Of a stretch of DNA of 20,000 nucleotides, positions 8,713-18,049 are shown piece by piece. Positions within the stretch are counted from its first letter, which is position 1; the number at the start of each line of letters is the position of its first letter. This DNA comes from Neocallimastix sp. 'constans' (Eukaryota), in NCBI GenBank assembly GCA_050613775.1, contig JBODTK010000123.1, positions 479,134-499,133 of the forward strand, read 5' to 3'. The notes under the pieces were generated by a model. That model saw only the letters and a program-made list of their open reading frames with translations. It had not been told where the DNA came from and made no database searches. The position numbers and the translations under genes are program-made.

Positions 8713-11122
8713 TTTTTTATATTTTATTTTATTTTATTTTATTTTATTTTATTTTATTTTATTTTATTTTATTTTATTTTATTTTATTTTATTTTATTTT
8801 ATTTTATTTTATTTTATTTTATTTTATTTTATTTTATTTTATTTTATTTTATTTTATTTTATTTTATTTTATTTTATTTTATTTTATTTTATTTTATTCA
8901 ATCTGTACTTATATTTATATTCTACTATTTATTTTATTTTATTTTATTTTATTTTATTTTATTTTATTTTATTTTATTTTATTTTATTTTATTTTATTAA
9001 ATTTGTACTTTATATTCATATTCTACTATTTATTTTATTTTATTCAATCTGTACTTCATATTTATATTTAAACTATTTATTTTATTTTATTTTATTTTAT
9101 TTTATTTTATTTTATTTTATTTTATTTTATTTTATTTTATTTTATTTTATTTTATTTTATTTTATTTTATTTTATTTTATTTTATTTTATTTTATTTTAT
9201 TTTATTTTATTTTATTTTATTTTGTTTTATTTTATTTTATTTTATTTTATTTTATTTTATTTTATTTTATTTTATTTTATTTTATTTTATTTTATTCAAT
9301 TTGTACTTTATATTCATATTCTACTATTTATTTTATTTTATTTTATTTTATTTTATTCAATTTGTACTTTATATTCATATTCTACTATTTATTTTATTTT
9401 ATTTTATTTTATTTTATTTTATTCAATTTGTACTTTATATTCATATTCTACTATTTATTTTATTTTATTTTATTTTATTTTATTTTATTTTATTCAATTT
9501 GTACTTTATATTCATATTCTACTATTTATTTTATTTTATTCAATCTGTACTTCATATTTATATTTAAACTATTTATTTTATTTTATTTTATTTTATTTTA
9601 TTTTATTTTATTTTATTTTATTTTATTTTATTTTATTTTATTTTATTTTATTTTATTTTATTTTATTTTATTTTATTTTATTTTATTTTATTCAATTTGT
9701 ACTTTATATTCATATTCTACTATTTATTTTATTTTATTTTATTTTATTTTATTTTATTTTATTCAATTTGTACTTTATATTCATATTCTACTATTTATTT
9801 TATTTTATTTTATTTTATTTTATTTTATTTTATTTTATTCAATTTGTACTTTATATTCATATTCTACTATTTATTTTATTTTATTTTATTTTATTTTATT
9901 TTATTTTATTCAATTTGTACTTTATATTCATATTCTACTATTTATTTTATTTTATTTTATTTTATTTTATTTTATTTTATTTTATTTTATTCAATTTGTA
10001 CTTTATATTCATATTCTACTATTTATTTTATTTTATTTTATTTTATTTTATTTTATTTTATTCAATTTGTACTTTATATTCATATTCTACTATTTATTTT
10101 ATTTTATTTTATTTTATTTTATTTTATTTTATTTTATTTTATTTTATTCAATTTGTATTTTATATTCATATTCTACTATTTATTTTATTTTATTCAATTT
10201 GTACTTTATATTCATATTCTACTATTTATTTTATTTTATTTTATTTTATTTTATTTTATTTTATTTTATTCAATTTGTACTTTATATTCATATTCTACTA
10301 TTTATTTTATTTTATTTTATTTTATTTTATTTTATTTTATTTTATTTTATTTTATTTTATTTTATTCAATTTGTACTTTATATTCATATTCTACTATTTA
10401 TTTTATTTTATTTTATTTTATTTTATTTTATTCAATTTGTACTTTATATTCATATTCTACTATTTATTTTATTTTATTTTATTTTATTTTATTTTATTTT
10501 ATTTTATTTTATTTTATTTTATTTTATTTTATTTTATTTTATTTTATTTTATTTTATTCAATTTGTACTTTATATTCATATTCTACTATTTATTTTATTT
10601 TATTTTATTTTATTTTATTTTATTTTATTCAATTTGTACTTTATATTCATATTCTACTATTTATTTTATTTTATTTTATTTTATTTTATTTTATTTTATT
10701 TTATTCAATTTGTACTTTATATTCATATTCTACTATTTATTTTATTTTATTTTATTTTATTTTATTTTATTTTATTCAATTTGTACTTTATATTCATATT
10801 CTACTATTTATTTTATTTTATTTTATTTTATTTTATTTTATTTTATTTTATTTTATTTTATTCAATTTGTACTTTATATTCATATTCTACTATTTATTTT
10901 ATTTTATTTTATTTTATTTTATTTTATTTTATTTTATTTTATTTTATTTTATTTTATTTTATTTTATTTTATTTTATTTTATTTTATTTTATTTTATTTT
11001 ATTTTATTTTATTTTATTCAATTTGTACTTTATATTCATATTCTACTATTTATTTTATTTTATTTTATTTTATTTTATTTTATTTTATTTTATTTTATTT
11101 TATTTTATTTTATTTTATTTAT
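8713..11122 (+). repeat. 2.4-kb compound satellite: (TTATT)n punctuated by ~25 copies of a 31-bp unit CAATTTGTACTTTATATTCATATTCTACTAT
   Basis: Unit starts at about 8899, 8999, 9046, 9297, 9358, 9424, 9495, 9541, 9693, 9764, 9840, 9911, 9992, 10063, 10149, 10195, 10271, 10367, 10433, 10559, 10630, 10706, 10777, 10863 and 11019. Spacing between canonical units is 31+5n. Confidence 0.95.
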
Positions 11123-11228
11123 TAACGCTCTCTCTTCACTTAAGTTTTTTCAATTTATGAAGTTTTATTAATTTTTATTAATAATAATTATTATATTATT
11201 TATTTATTATTATTATTACATGCATTTT

Positions 11229-11447
11229 AAAGTTAGAAAATCTCTTTTTTCATTTACACGTTTCTTTTCAAATAAACTTATTCCTATTGAATACAAGAAA
11301 AAAAGCTCTTCAATCCTTTGTTATTAGTAAAGTTATTTATTATTCTCCTCTACTTGGGTTCAAAAAAATCTAGAACGACTAAAATTCAAAACATGAATTA
11401 ATACTGTTCTATTTTGGTGTATCGGTTCCTTCTCTAAAAATGGTAAA
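11229..11447 (+). pseudogene. Frameshifted coding fossil, probably the post-RT (thumb) region of a non-LTR retrotransposon
   Basis: Joining three single-base frameshifts gives KVRKSLFSFTRFFSNKLIPIEYKKK/ALQSFVISKVIYYSPLL/GSKKSRTTKIQNM/INTVLFWCIGSFSKNGK. This resembles the LINE segment that follows the RT core; the family call is from recall only. Confidence 0.45.
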
Positions 11448-11509
11448 AAATAATTAAATTTTTTTTTAAACTATATACAATTAAAGAAATGTTAATATTT
11501 GAAAACTAA

Positions 11510-12735
11510 ATTTACACTGTAAATTTTGTCATTTGTACTCCCGAGATACTTTTAGTTAATGGATCAGCTAACATGTTTTCAGTATTAATGTATTTCTAAT
11601 TCAATTTTGTTTTTCATGAAAAGACGAGAAGATCTACAAGTGGATATATATTTTTACTTGGAAAAAGCCCTTTTTCATGGAAATCTCAGTTAGAGAAAAA
11701 CGTAACTTTATCTACTGCTGAAGCTGAATTTGTTAGTTTAACTGAGTGTACTAAAACAAGCTTTATGGTTTTTGGTTCAAAAATTTATTTAAGGAAATAT
11801 TTAATCAAGAAATAAAATTTAAAATTATGGTTGATAACAAAGCATGTACTGCAATTGCTCAAGATACAAATTCTAAAGGAAGATGTAAGCACATAGACAT
11901 AAGATATAAATTTATTCAAGAAGATATGAATCCGAGTATCCGATAAATTTATTATCTTTATTATAATGTATAGATTTTATTTTTTTTACACCTTTTAAAT
12001 ATTGTAAGATATTCATTAAATTTTTATAATCAGCTTCTGTTGGATTTTCACATATTCTTGAGACTTCGCTTACTGAAAACATTTTATCAGGTCTTGGCTT
12101 TACAGCGATATATAGTAACGCACTAAGTAAAGATTTATATTTTTTTTTTTTGGAATTTATTAAATTTGAATTATTTCTTTCATATTTCGTAATTTTCCCT
12201 CATGGTGTTTTTATTTGTTTTGTTTTCTTCATATTATATTTTTCTATTTTTTTTTATTAATATAATCTATCTGATTTATTTTATAACCATTAACTTGTTT
12301 TATAAATATTTATTCCTATTATTTTAGTCACATTAGAATCTTTAGAAAATTTTATATTTATCTTTTAATTTGTTTACAGTATAGTTTATTTCATTTTTAA
12401 TCCCTATTACTAAAATATTCATCTACATATAATGTTAGTAAACATGTTAATTTATTATTTTATATGATATTTTCCAAAGAGACATTTGTCAGTTTTGTAT
12501 TTTCTAAAGCCTATACTTACTAAGTAATGTGATATTTCATTATATTACATTCTTCCAGTTTGTTTTAAACCATAAAGAGCTTTTTTTAAGTAGCCATAAT
12601 TTATTAGTATTAAAATTTTTATCACCATAAGGAATCTTTGTATAAATCTTTTCTTTCAAATCTGCATATAAGTAAGCAGCTTTTATAGCTAATTGTTTCA
12701 AATCTCAGTTAAATTCTGATACAATTGCAATTTTC
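11510..12735 (-). mobile_element. Degenerate Ty1/copia retrotransposon pol fragment (RT + RNase H) with internal inversion
   Basis: Minus strand reads KQLAIKAAYLYADLKEKIY, LKKALYGLKQTGR, LLTLYVDE (YVDD motif), YKSLLSALLYIAVKPRPD, ILQYLKG, FIGYSDS, then later YINTENMLADPLTK. Plus strand 11618-11925 reads RRSTSGYIF, SWKSQ, LSTAEAEFVSL, VDNKA, KHIDIRYKFIQE. Many stops and frameshifts; no LTR seen. Confidence 0.9.
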
Positions 12736-13240
12736 CATTTTTCACTTCATACATTAAATAAATATTTGACCGCTTTGGGTCTTATATTATATATGGATTA
12801 TAATCTTTGGTAGAAAATTTATATTTTTCAATTTGTTGATTTAAAACTAAAGAACATATTGGGATTTTGTTTTTATAATTATAAATTAAACTTAATATAT
12901 AAGAATTATCAAAAAAAAATTTAAATTCATTAAAGATAATATCTAATAAAGTGGCATGTATCATCTCTCTTTATTAATTTTTTTTTTTTTATTAATTTGG
13001 AAGATATATTTAAATATTTCATGCATTTTTCTGTTATAAATTGTAATTGTTCAGGAGAAAGGCGACCGTTGTTATATATATCCAGAATAATATCTTTTTT
13101 TACTTTTTTTTTTTTTTTATTAAATTTTCATTACATAAATATTCAATCTCTTTAATATTTTTGATATCAATAACTTTTATATATGTTTCAATATTAAATT
13201 TGTATTCTTGACTATCTAAATTCCTATTCCTTGTTTCCAT
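12733..13240 (-). pseudogene. Truncated pseudogene resembling the N-terminal region of the expanded ankyrin-repeat protein family of anaerobic fungi
   Basis: From ATG at 13240: METRNRNLDSQEYKFNIETYIKVIDIKNIKEIEYLCNENLIKK/VKKDIILDIYNNGRLSPEQLQFITEKCMKYLNISSKLIKKKKLIKRDD/HATLLDIIFNEFKFFFDNSYILSLIYNYKNKIPICSLVLNQQIEKYKF...*DPKRSNIYLMYEVKNGK. Two frameshifts and one stop, then fused to the copia fossil. Family similarity is recalled, not searched. Confidence 0.55.
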
Positions 13241-13591
13241 TTTCTTTTAAGATAATTTTTGTTTTAACATTATTAGAATATAAGAATTTTTTTGATATTC
13301 TGTAAAATTCAATTAATAATACAATAGTAGTTATATTAGTATGTATAGATTAATAGATTATTTTATAATATAATTAGATGATTGAAAACAATATGTGAAT
13401 AAACATTCTTGTATAGTTAATAAATATATAATATTAAATTAATAACATTATTAATCGTAAACATTTTATTTTTCAATATTGATTAAAATTATACCAATTT
13501 ATAATACTTAATTTATATAAATATATTATTTCTATATATTAAAATATATTATTAATATATTACCTATTTCATAAATATATTAAATTAGTAG

Positions 13592-13622
<31 letters not shown>

Positions 13623-15184
13623 GTCACTTCTGTAATTTTTAAGAATTTGTTCTATTTTATTATATAAAGATATTATAATTAAATATCTTTATTACAATTA
13701 AATTAATAATAATGAAATTAACTTAACTATCAATATTTCAAAAACCCCACTACCTATAAATTATTGTATTTATAAATCTTGTATATATCAATAATTGGTC
13801 GAGATATCGATATTGTGTCTGTTTAAAAAAAAATTAAAATTATGTTTTCTTATTCGAAGAGAGAGTAATAAAAAGATATGCTATTATAGTGTATTATTTT
13901 AAAATAAGTATTCAGAAAATCTTTAAAATGATAATGATTATAATGAAAATATATAAATAAAAATAATAATAATAAAAATATTTTAAATAATTTAAATATA
14001 GCAAACAAAATAAAAAAATAAAAATTTTTGAAGGGTTAAATTTTAAAAATAATGTTTTAAAAAAATAATAGTAGTGTGAAATAAAAATATTGTTTATAGT
14101 ACATGCTAAGATACCTATATTAAATACTAGCATATACATATAAAATAGATATAAATCGAGAATTTTCTTCCTAAATAGTTATAAGAATTTTCAACTAGTA
14201 ATGGCTTGATTATTTTTTTTTTATACCTACATGTTGAAAAACAATAAATTATCATTTAAAATTGAATTAAATATTAAATAATATACTAATATTACTATTT
14301 ATTATATGTAAAATTTAAAATGAAAAAAGTAAATGAAACACTTTAAATATTTTTATGATAAAATTAAAATGAATTTTTATTAAAAAAAAAAATAAATAAC
14401 AGAAAATAATAAAATTTAAATCGTTAATTCTTAACAATAGATTTAGAGTTAATGGTATAAATGAACTACATGAGTTTGTATACGGTAAATCGAGGGGAAT
14501 ATTAGTAATTGTTGATAATAAGAAACAGGACGTGTTTTAGGATTATATTATTTAATAATTACTATTTTTATTACTATTAATATATTAATATATAATATGA
14601 AAAAAAAAAAAAAAAAAAAAACTAAAAGAAAATTTATTATAAGAAAAAAAAAAAAAAATTACCATTGCCAAAAAAAAAATAATTTCATTATTAAAAAAAA
14701 ATAGTATTTTTGAAATATACAACATAATAATATACTCAATTTATAATGTTCTTATTAATGTTGGTAATAATTGATCATTTATAATAAGCTTCATTAATCA
14801 TTTTAATAAATATTTAAAATGATATTACATTAATTATATTTCATAGTTATTATAATTATTATTTTTCTCTAATCCTATTAATTTAATATCATATTTACAA
14901 TAATAACAACAACAATTTTTTTTTTTATATTAAATTTTTATTACATCTGTTACGGATTTATATTTAATTTTATCATACATATTTATTTTTATTTTCATTT
15001 ATTATATCAAATTCTTTTAATAATTCATATTTCTTATTTTTATATATTATTTTAATATTTTTCTATATCAGTTTATATTTTTAATTTATTTTGAAATAAT
15101 AAAGAATTTTTTATTCATTATTATTAACAATAATTTTTGTTTGCTTGCTTTTTTATTTATACTTTAGTGCTTTTAATTTTGAAA

Positions 15185-15186
<2 letters not shown>

Positions 15187-15250
<64 letters not shown>
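15187..15250 (-). repeat. A64 homopolymer (T64 on +) starting inside the stop codon of the 339-aa gene
   Basis: T run at 15187-15250; the longest homopolymer in the window. Confidence 0.9.
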
Positions 15251-15253
<3 letters not shown>

Positions 15254-16268
15254 GATTATACGATTTTAAAAGGGTATCTATATTATCAATAATACGTTGG
15301 GTTTTATAATTATTATCTAAACCATAGATAATTGTGAAGCTGAAATTATCAGCCAAAGTTTCTTCTGGATCAATTATATATGATGTATTTTCCCCAAACA
15401 CCTCATAAAAATTAGAGGCTTCCTCTATTGGATAAATGGTATGAAGATCATCAATAGGTACAAGTCCTACAAGTTGTATTTCTTCACTAGAAAATCGTTC
15501 ACCTTCTTCTTCGAAATGCTTGGTTGTTGATAATACAACAACACATTTTTTCTTTTCACCATTAATTTCGAAAGTGGCATAAGAATTATGATGTTCCACA
15601 TCAGGGTTACTTATAATTCTATCAGCAATTTCCTTTGGAAAAACAAAATCCTGGTCTACAATGGTAAAATCTATGATATTATACATAGACTTACGAAAAT
15701 CAGGAAAATTTCGAGTGAAACAATGAAATAGTTCATGACCAATAACATAATTAAATACATCATATTCGTAATCTTCCGTTGCTATACTTAATACATCAGG
15801 TCCTAAGTAAATTTGATTTCCGTGAGTATAAGCACCTTGTCTACATTCTTCAACTGTGGTTGTTTTTCCAAAGACTATATCGTTAAGGTGTGGAAGTCGA
15901 TAACTACGATCATTACAATTCTTCAGGAAGACACTAATAGCATTATTTATTGCTGATTTTTCTTCTTCAGTAAAATCTCTAACTTCATTTATAACAATTT
16001 CTTCTAATTCCTCTAAAGTTGCATTTACTTTTTGAACACGGAAATCTAGGTCTTGTTGATTTAAGTTATCATAATAATCACGGTTAGATAAAAGAAGAGC
16101 GGCTGTTTCATTTGCACTTGCAAAATGGTAATTTATTTCATTTTTATACGATTTATTTTTTTTAATTTTTATAATCTTTTTATTTTTCGGATTTATACAT
16201 TTAGCATTAATTAGATTATTTGATATCAAAGATATTAATACAATTAAAAAAAAGAAATGCAATTTCAT
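15249..16268 (-). CDS. Secreted zincin-type (HEXXH) metallopeptidase-like protein, intronless, 339 aa
   Basis: Uninterrupted 1020-nt ORF with higher GC than its flanks. Hydrophobic signal peptide MKLHFFFLIVLISLISNNLINA; GAYTHG strand; VIGHELFHCFTR zinc motif; downstream IIDPEETLADNF could supply a third (Glu) ligand. Confidence 0.88.
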
Positions 16269-16792
16269 TTTTATTTTTATTTTTATTATTATTATTTTTT
16301 TTTTATATATTTAATTAAAAGTTGATAATATCTATTAATTAATGGCTATTATTATAAATATATATTTAATTGTTTATTTGGTTTTGAATTTTTAATTCTT
16401 AACTTTTATTGTTTTTATTTTTTATTTTTTATTTTTTTTTTTTTTTTTATGCTTTGTTTTGTTTTTATATTTATTTTTTATTTTTTATTTTTTATTTTTT
16501 TTATCTTTAGGCAATTGTTATTTTTTTATCCAATAATATAAAATAAAATGTTACACTAAAAGAAATAAAGATTTAATACCACTAAATTTTGACTAGGGGT
16601 GTTAAAGTGAATAACTTATTTATTTTAAGTATAAATAATATATATAATTAATAAGTAATATAAATTCTTTGTTTAAGGATTATCTTAGGAAAACTCCTGA
16701 ATTTGACACCAAAATCAACGAAAATCTCAAAAAAACGTAGCAATGTCTCCCTTATGAATTCTTAACTCTAAATTTTTTTGAAATTTTTTATT

Positions 16793-16873
16793 GGAGAGTT
16801 GCATTTCCTCAAGTGGGATGTCATTAATATGCAAATATTTATTAATACGCCACTTTATGAAATGTAACTCTCC
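16793..16873. mobile_element. 81-bp minimal TIR element of the same family as the 561-844 MITE
   Basis: GGAGAGTTGCATTTC ... GAAATGTAACTCTCC (14/15 inverted match). The left end equals the reverse complement of 829-843. Inner inverted pairs AAGTGG/CCACTT and ATTAATA/TATTAAT. TSD imperfect. Confidence 0.72.
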
Positions 16874-17164
16874 TACTTATTTGCAATATTTAATTTTATA
16901 ATGTTTATTTAATAATCAATATTATTTTAATATTATTTATTTTTTTTAATATTTAAATATTTACTTTGAGAAAATAAATAATATCAATATTAATAATATT
17001 TATTTATTTTTTTTTTCAATATTCAAATAACATCAATAATAATAATATTTTATTTATTCATAATAAACTTTTGATATATTTTATGTTTTAAATTTAATAA
17101 CATATTGACTTTGTAAAATTTTTAATAAAACATATTATTTTATTAAAGTCAATATATCTATATA

Positions 17165-17220
17165 GGGGGTTGTGCATTTCACAATGTGGCGTATAATATT
17201 TTTTAAATAAAGCCATACAT
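17165..17220 (+). mobile_element. Orphan left TIR of the same family, next to the gypsy LTR
   Basis: GGGGGTTGTGCATTTCACAATGTGGCGTATAATA parallels GGAGAGTTACATTTCATAAAGTGGCGTATTAATA. Confidence 0.55.
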
Positions 17221-17277
17221 TTTTAAGTTATTCTATTTAATTATAATTAATTTGAATAAATGAAATTATTATAGATA

Positions 17278-17433
17278 TGTTGTAAACATATATAAAACAT
17301 AATATAAATATAATACACGTGACGTCAATTGTTGAATTGAAATTAATTATTGATATAAACCTTATTTATTAATATTCTCAGAATTATTATATTTAACTGA
17401 AATTGAGATTTTAATTCAGTTAAAATTTCAACA
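17278..17433 (-). repeat. Putative 3' LTR of the chromovirus (distal end at 17278 or 17330)
   Basis: Minus strand starts TGTTGAA at 17433, just after the PPT. Candidate inverted ends are TTCAACA (17330) or CAACA (17278). The 5' LTR is outside the window. Confidence 0.6.
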
Positions 17434-17434
17434 A

Positions 17435-17445
17435 TGCCCTCCCCT
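17435..17445 (-). promoter_or_regulatory. Polypurine tract AGGGGAGGGCA
   Basis: Purine-rich run 1 nt upstream of the LTR's TG, downstream of pol. Confidence 0.75.
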
Positions 17446-18018
17446 AAAAATCGGATTTAAGATGATTTTTGTGTAACGATAAGGAGGTCTAAATTTTTTG
17501 TTAAAAGATTTTTTTTGAAATTTCATAAATTAAATTTTTTTTTTTTTTTAATTTTTGGAGGAGGAAGGTCACTTGAGTGCTTTTAAATTTTTATAGGAAA
17601 CCCCGTTGAAGTGACCATTTCATTGAAATTTTGAAATTCCTAAAAATTTAATAAAATTAAAATTTTGTTATGAAAGTTGATGTTTGTAAATGTAATGATA
17701 CAATTTTTAAATGTTTTTGGTGAAAAATTTTTTTGAAATTGAAAATTTGAAATTTTAATTCTTATTAACTTTTTAATTTTATACATTAACATTTAAAAAA
17801 TTGAAAATAATAATAATTTATAAATCTTTGATTATATTGAATTATAAATTGATAGTTAATAGTGTAATATAGCTATGTTTTTTTTTTGAATTTTGAAATT
17901 TTGAAATTGCAATTTCATGTTGGAAATATTGAAAAATTAAACTTAATTAAAAATTGATAATAATAAAAGTAAAAGTTTAAAAATTAATAAATAAAAAAAA
18001 TAAAATTTTCAAAAAAAA

Positions 18019-18049
<31 letters not shown>

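Noticed and set aside
8899..11050. True CRISPR array
   Set aside because: Spacers are pure microsatellite rather than unique sequence, there are no cas genes, and the context is eukaryotic.
8634..11171. Long ORFs of 145, 649, 88, 587 and 487 aa (FILFY repeats)
   Set aside because: TTATT and the 31-bp unit contain no stop codon in any + frame, so all three frames are open. These are satellite translation artefacts.
14400..14545. Short open frame with a PPT-like GAGGGGAA, a possible retroelement end
   Set aside because: No recognisable protein motif and no TG...CA LTR could be delimited.
16550..16755. GC-richer patches (CACTAAA...TAGGGGTGT; ...TGTCTCCCTTA) as transposon ends
   Set aside because: No convincing partner TIR or TSD found by eye.
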